Of a stretch of 64,000 bases of DNA, positions 13,401 through 26,700 are shown one piece after another. Numbering within the stretch: the stretch's first letter is position 1; each line of letters opens with the position of its first letter. The translations under genes and the position numbers were made by a program. Source of the DNA: Chrysomallon squamiferum. Lineage: Eukaryota > Animalia > Mollusca. Under the pieces are notes generated by a model. That model was given only the letters and a program-made list of their open reading frames with translations. It had not been told where the DNA came from and searched no databases. Location: assembly GCA_012295275.1 (NCBI GenBank), contig CM022670.1:26102001-26166000 (forward strand), written 5' to 3'.

Positions 13401-16007
13401 GGTTGATGTATTATAATGAATATTTGCCTACACTGTTTGTTTTTGTCGGTCAACACAATCACAGGCTGAGATTTCAAAACTTTGGTTCATGTACCCCTGT
13501 GCAAAGAAAGACATTACAGGATTGGTGGCAGGTCAAGTCTATGAGTTATTCTTGTAATCCCCACAGCTCAACATTTCCCATTGTTTGTCATATTCAAGGC
13601 AAATATGTTATCAGTCGATGAGGCATAACATATAAGTTGAAGATCATGGTTTGGACAAGTACATGCCTCAGTGATTGCATAGGCTACAACAACAGCTATA
13701 TCCAGTCTCACAAAGCATGTTTATTTCTTTAGCACTTGTAATTACAACAGTTAAAACAGGACACTAACAAGTTTTGGGATTGTAGGCTTCATTATGTATT
13801 CAATAATTTTATTGCAAACTGGCAAAAATATTGTACAGGTTAATACAGTAATACATTATAAATGTTATTCTCAAAGTAATATTACTATCATGTATTGCTG
13901 TATGTTATTCTTGTTGGTATGGCTATGTTATAATCTTAATATTGTTATTGCTACTAGTACTATACTGTTACAATCACATTCCATAGTTAGTATTACTGCT
14001 ACTGATTGCTGCTTGTATTGCTGTTATTATTACAATAATTACAGTTTTACTGCTGCTATTACTACTATTGTTATTTCCCCAGTTTTACCACTACTATTAT
14101 ACATGTTAAACTATAACATTTCTTTTATTATTATTACTACTTCTACTACTACTACTTATACTACAACTACTACAACTACTACTGTTATTGCTACTACTAG
14201 TATTACTACTACTGCTGCCACTAAAACAGTCACTATCACTATTATTATAATATACTACTTTTGTTATGCTATTACTGGTACTACAACCTAATTTGTTAAA
14301 AAAAAGTTTTTATATAAAACCATGAATACCTTCATACTTTAGTTTTATTTTAAAAGAAACAAACAAATAAAACAAAATTAATGACAAACTTCAGTTTTGT
14401 TTTGTTAATGATTTTTGGCTTATTTTCATAAAAAAAAAATTTCCCATTATTATTATTATTTTTTAAATTTATTTTAATATCCAGCTATTCACAATTTCTT
14501 TATAATTTTTTATTTTTTATTTTTTTTTATAAAAAAATATTTTCCTTATTTATTTCTTTATTTTATTTATAAAATTAATATTAAATGTTTTTTTTTTATT
14601 ATTATTATTATTTTTTTTTAAACTTAATAGAAGCAAACACTTCAGTTTTAAGATGAATGTGTTTCAGATATTTATGCTGAGTAATCTAATTTATTTTCAT
14701 ATTATTTTAATTAGAAGAGGCTGGTTATTTATTTTATACAGAATAACATTATTAATTTTTCAATTTCAGCCTTTTTTTTTGTTTTTATCATTCCTTTGTT
14801 TTTCTTCTTCTTTAAAAAAACAACAAAAAAACATAAACCAATTAAAACATAACGTTCAGTGATAGATTAAGATAAATATGAGTTAAAAAAAAGAGAAATA
14901 AATTGTATTTTAATTAAGAAAATATAAAAAAGTATTTATAAACAAATAGATAATTTTATTAAAAGAATGTCCTAAAACTGACTTAAAGGTTGGAACTATT
15001 TTCAATTACCACAAAAAAAAAAAAAAAAATGACTAACTAACTAACTAACTAACTAACAAAATAAATAGGAAAAACAAATATTAATTAAGTAATAAAACTG
15101 AACATTTATTTTATTTTCATGGAAAATAAAATAATATATAATGTGTGTGTTTTTGTGTGTGTGTATACGTGCCTATGTATGTGTGTGTATGCATATTTCT
15201 GTGTGTATCTATTTTTGTTTGTGTATATATGTCTATGTCCTGTGATGTGTGTGTGTGATTATGCATTTGAATGCTTTTTGTGCTTGTATAGTGTATGGCT
15301 ATGCATATATTTGAATGTATATGTATGTATTTGTGTATGTGTGTGTACATGTATGTGTGTTTTCATGTGTGTGTGTGTGTGTGTGTGTTTAACATACAAC
15401 ACAGACTGTGAGATGTGTGTACTGTCACTGTACAACTTGTTTCATGTTGTAGTAGTTGGATCCAGGCAATCAGATATGGTGTGGTAGAGTGTTTGTTGTA
15501 AATAACCAGTGTTAAACATGTTTGAATACATCTGCATTCTACACTGCACTTAATAACAGAGTCCCAATGTATACTGAAATACCCAGTGTCACTGGGTTAA
15601 GCTGAGGTAGTGTCCCCCACAAAGACATTCAGTCTATTTTAATAGTCAGGGCAGTTTGTGTTTCAGTCCTGTGTAGTATAACATACATACTTAACTTCTG
15701 AATTACAGAATTACCTAAAAAGTGTTCTCTTTGGTTAAATTTGTTTCTTTTTTCTTGTTGTTTTTGTTTTTTTCTGTGTTTTTCTTTACTTTTATTTCTT
15801 TTCATTCTGTTTTTATTTTTATTTGTTTTTATATTTTTTAATATCTTTCTATCTGTCTAAAAAAATATATGTATATATTTGTGTGTGTGTATGTATGTGT
15901 AGGTTTATGTATATGTAGGTGTATGTATATGTGTGTGCACATTTGTCCATGTATGTATGTAAGTATATATATCTCTTTGTATATATGTCTTAGTGTCTGT
16001 TACAGTG

Positions 16008-16042
<35 letters not shown>

Positions 16043-19000
16043 TATTTCATGGGGAATATGAATCCCTCACCAGTAAAATAAATAAATATAAAAAATATAT
16101 TATCCCAGTGTATTCTGTGGTTATTAATCTTGTAACGTGACAAGCCTTGTGTTTGTTTTGACTGAAAAAAAATGAAAAAATAAGTGTATAAAAACGAACC
16201 ACCATCTCGAAAAAAACGTACCCGGTAGCAATAACAAAATAAAAGTTAAAAAAATAACACCACCCACTGTTTAGTAGCAATTTACAGGTTGTTTGTAAAA
16301 ACAACAAAAAAAAACACCAACAACAATAAAAATGATAATAAATCATTACAGACAATTTCTGGATTATTAATGACATTATTAAGTTACTCAGAGACATAAA
16401 ATTCTTTTTCACAAATCCAGACATTTCTGCATATACTTTTGACTACCCATTAAATACTCATTTCACTGTGATTTGTGGAAAGATAATTTTGATCACACTT
16501 TGCATATAAAATGCATTCTAATAATTAAAATATTCACCAATATTTTTTTTGTTCTTTTGTAAAATATGGAAATGATATTTTATTTTGGAACTAGACATTC
16601 AAAATATCCCATTATCACTGAAAACCAGCCATAAATACTAAAATAATAAAATAAAAAATGAAAATAAAATAACTAAATGAAAAGAGAATAAATCAAAGAG
16701 AAGCTGCTTTAAATTTAATAAATACTAATAAAAACATAGCAGTAAACATTTACAACAAAATTAGAAACAAAACAAACAACGAACCTCAAATAAAAGACCA
16801 AGAAAAAAAACAATAACAACAATAACAAAATAATAATAATAATAATAATTCAAATTTATATGGATTATAATAAATGAATAAATTAAAATTTGACATTACC
16901 CTTCACCCTTCTCAGAATAAAAATAATAATAATTAAAAACAAAATAATAATTATAATAAAAAATAAATAAAAAATAAATAAAAAATAAATAAAATAAAAT
17001 AAAATATAAATATAAATAAAATAAAATAAATAATAAAAAAGGCTTTTTTCAGCCATCCCCTTCATGAGATTCCAGATGTATTTGAACTATCTGTTAGTGC
17101 AGCTGTCCTTTCTCTAAATGAGCTGTTATTTACATTCAGGGCACAGTATTTGCAGATGTTCATTAATGTTTACATTTTCAGGTTGTATTGATCACCTTTC
17201 AAATATCTTTCTACCAGAATTAAAAAAAAAAACAATAATAAAAAATAAAAAATTATATGACCAAAATTTTTTTTAAATCACATATCAGAAGATTTAATCT
17301 TAATAACAGGATAATTAATTTATTTATTATTTAATACATTCAGACATACATATGTGTGTGTGTATATATATATACACATATACACATACACATATATATA
17401 CATATATATATACACACACATACATACATACATGTATTCATGTATTTATGTATGTATGAATGTATTAAATATTAAATAAATGAATTATCCTGTTATTAAG
17501 ATTAAATCTTGTGATTATGTGATTTAAACAAAATTTTGATAATGTAAAATTTGGCATAAAAGTTGTAAGTAATAACTGAAAAACTGATTATATGTTGTGA
17601 TATACTTTCAAATCTTTTCAAATAGGAAGAACATTATGAGTAATCAATACAATATTAATTATTCTGTCAGAATAAAGATTTTACAAAGTCACTTTATTGT
17701 TTTGCCAGGAATAGTACTCACAGTTATCCTATTATTAGTAATAACATATTAATGTAATTGTATTGTTAATCATGAATGTCTCTTTTTCTTTTGATGCCTT
17801 TGCAGATTTTCTTTTAACACCTAATGACTAGAGGCTTGTAATACTAATTTTTATCATGACTTTTGTATCAACAGAATTATTTTCATTAAAAATATATTCG
17901 TCATCTAGTGATATCGAAATTACTACAAAGTGAGAGTCATTAATAATTAAATTATCATCAGAGATTGCATGACAGGAGTTTTAGAAAGTATTTGTTGAAA
18001 GAGAAATTTTGATTGGTTAAACTTCCTGCAGGAAATGTGTCGGATAAATTGATTGGTTCACATGTGTGGGCTTTCATTTTGTTAGAAAATGTTGTAAGGA
18101 CAAATAATTGGTTTGATAAAAAAAGGTAATAATTCACAGTTTTTTTATTTTTGTATGTATATATATATATAAAAAAATAATAATAAAAAAACAACTGAAA
18201 AAACAAGCTGCTAAAAAAAAAAAATAATAATAATAGATTAAACTAGTAGTAAATAAATTATACATGTAGAGGACTTTTCTTTTTAATTTACAGAATGAAA
18301 AGATTAATTTGAAATGAAAAAAAAGTCTGGTTAATTAAAAGGAAGAAAATAATTATAAAATGTAGCCCAGAAAATTAAGTAAATAATATTTTTCAAATAC
18401 TTTTTTTTTTTTATTGTTATGGGGCACTGGCTGAAAAGGGTAAACAGTCCAGTAGATTCAGTGAAGAAGGCTGAACCTACAGCCAGTTGTCCTTCAGGCC
18501 TGTTCTGTGACAATCCCACCTAATACCCACCATTCCTTTACCACTTGAATATATTTCTGTTTGACATAAAATCACTTCCCAGTGATATCATACCTGTGTT
18601 GTCTTGCTGGCCAATTTACCTGTCAGCATTAATTGTTTACCTACAGATATACATGTGCTGGTACGTGGTTTTATCAGCACTAAGTACAATATCAAATAAT
18701 CGATTCAGGATTTAGGTGATTTTCATTTTGCCCATTAATGTCTTCCCTGAAGTTTAAGTCGGTGTAATTTCTGGCAAATCTCTGTCATAAAATGAGTAAA
18801 CATATCTATATAGTGAAGGCTGTTGGGTTTAAAAGTATGTTATAAAAAGATCTGACATTATCCTAACAAAAACTGAAGAAAAAAAACTAAAACCAAAAAA
18901 TTAAAAACAAAGGAAAAAATACTGACTTCTATGTTGAAAGATATTTGATAAATTAATATATATTTTTTTTGTTAATAAAATAAAAGGATTACTAATCATA

Positions 19001-22000
19001 TATTTTTTAATATATTTTATTATTATGATGCCATGAATATGTCTAAATAATTAATATATAGGTATGAAATCATTAATTTAATGAACACCTTTGTTTATGT
19101 ACGTTACAGAAAACAGGTAGTCAGTCAGTATCTTAAACATACTAAACATTTTTTGCTTTTTCATTTAATTACTGTAGCTGCCATAACTGTTGTTATTTCT
19201 GCTACTACTACTATTACTATTATTAGAGTAACACATCACTATTTTTATTATTACTATTATTATCACAGGAGATTAATATTATTTTTGTTATTACTGTTAT
19301 TATTATAGGAGAGTAACATATCATTATTTTTCTCTTTATACAGTTAAAATCAAAGCAAGAGTATCAACTGAAAGTCAAGCATTGTCTACCTCCAGTGGTA
19401 AGTTCTTTAACATCATTTTTTATTAATGCATTTCTTTCTGCACTAACATGTGGAAAGGAGAATTAAGGAAGGAGTAAAGAATAAGATATGCTGAATCAAA
19501 ATACACACACACACATTTTGGAGGTTTAAGATTTCTGAATTTTGTGTAAGAAATTCTCAACATATATATAGATATCAGTTATAGCATAGTACAGTTTTCT
19601 GAAAGATAAGCCTATTATTAAGAGATATATATATATATCCGAACCAGTGAAATTGATTGATTGATTATTAGATAAAGAGGTAAAGAAAAGGTAATCCTGT
19701 TTAAAGGTGTATGGTTAAGCTGATGGAAAGATATAGATACATGAATGGACAAGTTTAATAAAGCAGTAAGAAACAAAGACAATATGACAGATTATCAATA
19801 GACCAATGCCCTGAAAGAAAATTTGCCTTAAATTATGAACACAAATGAATGGAGAGATGAATAGATGAGATTTTAAAATACATATTGATTATTAGTGTAG
19901 CTACATGATTGAATTATAAACTTTGTTTAAAGTAATGCAGACTGGTAGGTGGAAATCAGAAATTAAAGAAAATATATACTGTGATAATATTAATTAAGCT
20001 AATTCAATGATGGATAAACTTGTTTAAAGATTTGTAGTCAGGTAACAGTTAACAATGGATAAATTTAAGAAAAAAATAAAGAAAAAACATTAGGTATATT
20101 GCAAAGTAAGAAAATAGTGATCATAAAATTTAATCAAAAACCTGTAATAGTGACACAGTGGCAACATAACCTTTTAGAAAGATTATTTCACCATTCAGAT
20201 ACCCACACTTATTCATATACTTTCACATGAAGCTACAGAATTCCAACTTAATTTTAATATTAAAAATGTACTGACCCATGACTATAAATTATCACTGTTA
20301 ACTGTAGATATTTATTAGCGTTAAACGTTTTATATGTTGCCTAACCAGATTGATTACTAATTTATACATATCAGTGTTTTCCAGTTTACAGTATGTAGAT
20401 TATTGGATTTGTTAGAGTACTGAATGGTAAAACAGATATTAAGACAACGATGAATGCTTTGAACCATGGATGAATGGTTGGTCTAAAGAATAAATAAAAA
20501 GAATAATGAATTGATGCATACATAAAAAAATAATAACTCATAGAAATATATAAAAACAAACATAGTAAGATAGAAATATAGATAGACATTGTAATAGAGA
20601 TACAAAGATGACATTAAAAAAAAGAAATAAATTGCAGATAACCTAAAATTTAAAATCTATAAAGATTCTAAAATAGAAAAAGAAATTCTGAATGAATACT
20701 AAATAGAAATACTGATAGAGAGATACTAAAGATACTCTAAAATAGACATAGAAATGCATGTAAATGTTTGTTAAAATTGAAATGCAGAGAAACACTGAAT
20801 TAGAGAGAGATATACAAAACAATGTATTGAAACAGATATACATACATATATACATACAAACATATCCTAAAATAGAGAAAGAAACAGAAGATACACTAAA
20901 ACAGATAGAAGTTCAGGTAGAAAGGTATTCTAGAATACAAACACAAATAATAAAAGAAAAAAAAGGAACAAAGGAAAACAAAAAGAGAATAATAAAACAT
21001 GTGATTTGAAAACCAGGGATCGTTAAGAAAAATTATCATGATTTGACACGTCAGCATGAACATAAAAAAACACACAAATTGCATTGGTAAACTGCTTTTT
21101 TACATTGTCTCATTAATTTTTATCTAAAACTTTTGTTGCTGCCATCAACATTGCTGTCTTTTCACTGCCTGTTATCTAAGTCAGTCATGCAAGAGATAAT
21201 AGGTTGATTTTTTTGTGTTTTTTTCTTCCTTCTTTTCCAAGTGTCACTGCAGATTAGTCGTGCAAGCAGAGAAAACTGTAATATAAATTTACTTTGTTAT
21301 TAACTGTCTGCTAACATGAAAGCCTGGCACTGTGATCGACTTCTCACTTACCTATGAATAATGAATGTGTTTAATGATGCCTCAGTGAATTTCTGTGTGA
21401 GCTGTTTTTAGATGTCAAACACACAGTTATATATTTTATGTAACAGTGGCATGTCAAAGAGTTCTACATTCTGCTATTCCTGATTAGCAGTAAGGGATGT
21501 GTTAAATATACCTTCTCATACACAGGGGAAACAGAAACCAAAGCATTTGGGAGGGGTCACTGTTTGGAGTGGAAATTACCTTGTGGACACTATCTAGAAT
21601 ATTATGGAATGGACACACCCTAAAGTGAAAATTTATCAAGTGGGCATTATTTAGAATGAAAAATTACCCAGCAGGAATTAAGGAGCATCAAATCTTTTAC
21701 CCCTCCCACATTGCTTTTAACAAACCTAGCATTTCACAAATAACCTTCCAGTTACAACAATTAACTAGATCTGGAAGATAAAAAGACTTCAAGGATAAAA
21801 CCATTAACTTTATTTTGATCTCTAATACATGTTGGTGGGTGTAGATTACTAAAACTGTTTATTCAGATTAGTTCCAAATTGACAATTAAGAATAATACAG
21901 GTGGTCATTTTGATGGTCCAGAATGTTGGATATGGTTGAATAACCTTCTTAGTTTCCAATTAAAGTAATGAGGCATATGAGAAAAACTTGCCATTGTGCT

Positions 22001-23452
22001 GAAGGGGGAAAAGGTCACCCCATGCAGATTGTTGCCAAACTGTTGTATAGAGCAGTTCAAAGCCAAGTCTAATGAAATAGCAAAATATGAGTTCATTACA
22101 GAGTTTTGTAGAAATGAATACTAAATCCAGACTTCAGCACCATGAAAATAAATATAATTATATTCATGACAAGGCTCAAATCTGAATAATATTTATGAAC
22201 AAAATTTTGATTTAAGAGTTTCAGACCAGGCCCATCTTAACAAAATTATATGTTCTGAGGCAAAGTAATGCAAAACAAAATTATTATTGAGAGCATGCCA
22301 GGGTACACATGGATTTTACTGGATCCCTTGATCTGTAGGACTCCAAGGCAGCTGTCCAATGAGTCCATGTCTTGAGATGGCTCTGATTTAGACATAAATT
22401 TATTCTTATCTTTTGAATACATAGCTAATATATATTAATTAACCAACCTTCCTTGGTGCTTTCATTGGGTTTTTCCCATTCCAGTCATGTCATCAGGATT
22501 GGAACATTCAGTTCTGTGGGGTGTCTTCTTTTTTGTCTGTGAGAAGTTGCTTATACAGTCTCTAGTTGTTGTTTGATAAAAGTAGATCATTAAGTTGTAT
22601 ATCATAGTTAAGAAGAAATATATAATTATTATGCAATACTGTTAATATTAAGATGGATTGTCACTAATCATTTATTTTTCCATCCATCTATCCATTCATC
22701 CATTTATTTGTCAGTTCCTTTGTTCGTGTGTTGGCCTTGAGATGGGGATGATGGATGCAATAGATACATTTATCACCTCATTAAATGAAAAAACAAAATG
22801 AATATAACAAGTGAAGTGCTGCCCATGTTTTTCACCCATTCGCAAAGTAAGAATGGATTCATTCTGTAGGTTTTTTTATCAACAGGAAATTCCTTTCACC
22901 TAGTCAGGTTGTGTTAATTATTTTTTAATAAGAGTGGTGGGTCTCTGTTGTCAATTAGTGTCACTCACGCCACACACTGTCAATGGACAGTATCGATACA
23001 TTTCCCAGTCTGACATTTGCGGGTGTTCTCCATTGTGCAGACACATTAAAGCAATTTAATACACTGCTGATGTGTTATTGCTCACACAGAAATCTGCTCC
23101 TTGCTTCAAGATGCATTTGTCCATTTGCCAGTAAAATACATTACCTGTTAACATGGTTTTATTATTAATTAATTTCTGTTTTGTTGTGGTACGATTGAAA
23201 TTTTTTGTTAATTTTTTTTTTTTTTATTCATTTATCTCTTTTCCTGTTGTTGTTTCATGTTGTTAATGTGTGCTCTCAAGTGTGGTGCTTACAAAAATTA
23301 TATAAATTGAAATTCCATTACGAGCTGAAAGGTAGCTGTCATATTTGGGCTGGATTATATTCTGTAAAAAAAAATTAATTACATTTTATTTTTCAGTATA
23401 TTTATTTATTTATTTCTTCTTATTATTATTATCATTACTGATGCTGTTGTTG

Positions 23453-23493
<41 letters not shown>

Positions 23494-23709
23494 GCCTAAA
23501 TGAAAACAGAAATTTGATATTAGTCAAAGAAAATGTACTGAATACTGAAATACATGTACACAAAAGTAACAATACCTTATCTGAAATCTTAGGAAAAGGA
23601 TCATAAATAACCTGCTGGGGTTATTTGTATGTTAAAAGGTTCAGTAAAAGTTGTAATATATATAGGGATTACAATTACTGTTTCTGTGCTTAATGTCTAA
23701 AAGTTGTTT

Positions 23710-23767
<58 letters not shown>

Positions 23768-26700
23768 AATATAAAGCATTAAAAAAAAAAGAATTAAAAA
23801 AAAAAGGAATTATTTAGTAATGAAAAATAAAAATTTAAAATTAAGAAAAGATGAAAAAAGGAAAAAAGATGTAGATGTCATACCTTTTTGATAATGACTT
23901 TTCAGTCTGTATATAAATTTTAAAATGAATTTGATTTTCATTGTAAATAAAAAATAATCAATGTACAATATTTATAATCTTTTGGATTGCTTTTGGAGAC
24001 TGAGTGAAGGCAGGAAGGGAATTTAATTAATTAATAAATATATTAATCAACAATATGTAAATTTTAATGGTTTTGTTATTCATTAATTATGTTATCAAAA
24101 AGGCAAAGAAATTAATTTACTGGCTGACTCAGTTTTCAAGATGTTTGTTTTAAGAAGATATATAACAATATAAAACATTATTTACCTTAATCTAATTTGA
24201 AGAAACATTACAATTACTTTAATTTTAATTAAAAATTGATATTATTTCAAATGTTCTTATAAATAAAATAATTAAAGTAATAAATAATTTTGAAAAATAA
24301 AAAAGAAAGAAAATTAGTAATCATAAAAATCAATAAAAAAAAAAAAAACCAAACAATATGATTACAAATATCTAATATGATTTCTTTTTAAATTGAAAAT
24401 ATTATTCATATAGTAAAAAATATATTTTTAAAACAGCAGTAATAATAAATATAATCAGATTAAATAGTTATAAAAAAAAAAAAAAATTAAAAATTAAAAC
24501 AAAATTTACAACAAAATTGCCATTAAAGTATTTTTATGATATAAATAGAATGTTTGTCTGCAGAATAGTTTAAAATGATAATAAGATGGCTCTTTAATGA
24601 CATTTTGGCCAAAAAATCTAATTCATTGAGCAATTTCAGTTAGTTTTCTTTATTAGAAAGGTTTTCGGTATGTTTTGAAACAAAACAAAATAAAAAACAA
24701 TATTTAAAAAGAAACAGTTCAAGGAAAACAATATGGCTGCTTTTAAAAAATGTATAGGTACAACAATGCTCTCTTTAAAATAGTTTATAACAACAACAAC
24801 AAATACATGTTTTTCTTCAAAACAAATTTGCAACAAAAAACACATTGCTCTATTTTACAACAGAACCAATATGTCTGATTTCAAAAACAGTTCATAAAAA
24901 CAACATGTAACTTCAAAAACTGTTTACAGCAAAAACAGTATGTCTGTCTTCCAAAAGACTTTACAGTAAGAACAAAATAGCTGTCTAACGATTTACTGAG
25001 TGAAACATCTAATTCACTAATTAATTGCTGATGTTTTTCTAACTTAGAATGGTGTAAAAGGAACTTGTATAGATAATGTTGTTAAGCTTCAGTGCTCTTC
25101 TTTATTGTTTCTTGACCAAATCATTCATCAAAAATCAATATACACATTTTCTCACATAAAAGAACAGAATTTCTAGGATTTCTGCATCATTAAGTTACCT
25201 GATTGTTTGGGTTTATTTTTGTAAATTGTTATTTTTTATTAATGTTTATATCCTTATTCTTATTAAAAAAAAAATTAATATACTTTTGTAAAAAAAACAA
25301 CAAAAAAAAAAAAAAACAAATTGACCCCCTCAAAATCTCACAAACAATCGCTTAAAGAAAAAAATATCAAGAATATTAAAAAAATAAAAAATGTTCACAT
25401 TGTTTTGAGAGGTTAGTGACATTTGCCACATAAACAAATTTAATATATTTAGGGATATTAATTTATTGATTTTCACTGTTTTGACAAAGTTGAGGCATTT
25501 GTCATGATGCACTGTTTTTAGATTGTGTTTATTTCTGTAATTTAAAATGTGTTGTTATTATTTTTTAAACAAATACAAACATACATACATAGATATTACA
25601 TACATATGTATATATTTGTCTATATATACTTAATCTATGTTGCTTTCAGTATTCTTCTTTACCATATATATTTATGTAGTTTTGAAGGATCAGTCTTAGT
25701 ATTAAATATAAAGAAATAAAATTAATGACTGTTTATAATTAATTTGGATGCACAAAATAAATTTTGTTGTTTCATATCCTGTGGTTTCAGTTTAACATGT
25801 GAAAATATGATCTGTATCTTTTTTAGTTCAGTATATTTATGGTTGATCAAGTTAAAACGGTTTGAATGTTTACACTCACAGATCCAGATCTCCATGGTGA
25901 CACATTATTTTTTGTTTTGTTTTGTTAGGTTAATATTAATGCAGTGTTATGAAGCATAATATGCATATGCAACAGAGCATGTAATATAAACATTCACAAA
26001 CAGTTACTAACAAAAGTTAAAAAAAAAGAAAAAAAAAAGAAGTTTTTTATTAGTCAGCTATCAAATGTTAGCTGAAAAACTATTAAAAAATAAATCTGGT
26101 AGAAATAAGATGAAAGATATAATACATCTCTGAGATATTAAATCAGCCATACACTGAGGCATTCAGGAAATACATGTGTATATTGTATTGGAAATAAAAA
26201 AATAAAATGTTCTTAGTCAGTACAAAGAATAGAATAGAACCAGTCTTTGGACAACAGACTGTAATTTGTCATGCAAGGTATCCAGTACACACCAGATCAA
26301 AGCTTCACATTTTAATTACTCTTTTCATGCCTTATAAGACATTGTAGAAGGAATGACGAATCAAGATATCACAGTCAATAAATGTTTAGACAGGAATTTT
26401 ATTTTCTATTATATATACACTCATAATTATATGGTTATACTGCACCATACATATGGACAATAACAGATGAAATTGTTATGTAATAGGAAACTCTTGTTCA
26501 TAAACTACCAGTTAGGGATCTTTTATACACACATTTCCATAGGCAGGAAAGAATTATTACAGCCTTTGTAATATCAGCTGTGGGTCACAGAATGGGATGG
26601 GAAATAGTCCAGGAGAAACTTTGAAAAGTATTGATCTTGTGACCAAATACATATCAGACCTATCCTCTAACTGCTGAACCTCAGCCCAACCATCCAAACA

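Noticed and set aside
13391-13730. Complex intronic segment possibly a TE-coding or pseudogene remnant
   Set aside because: No recognisable protein motif in the frames examined
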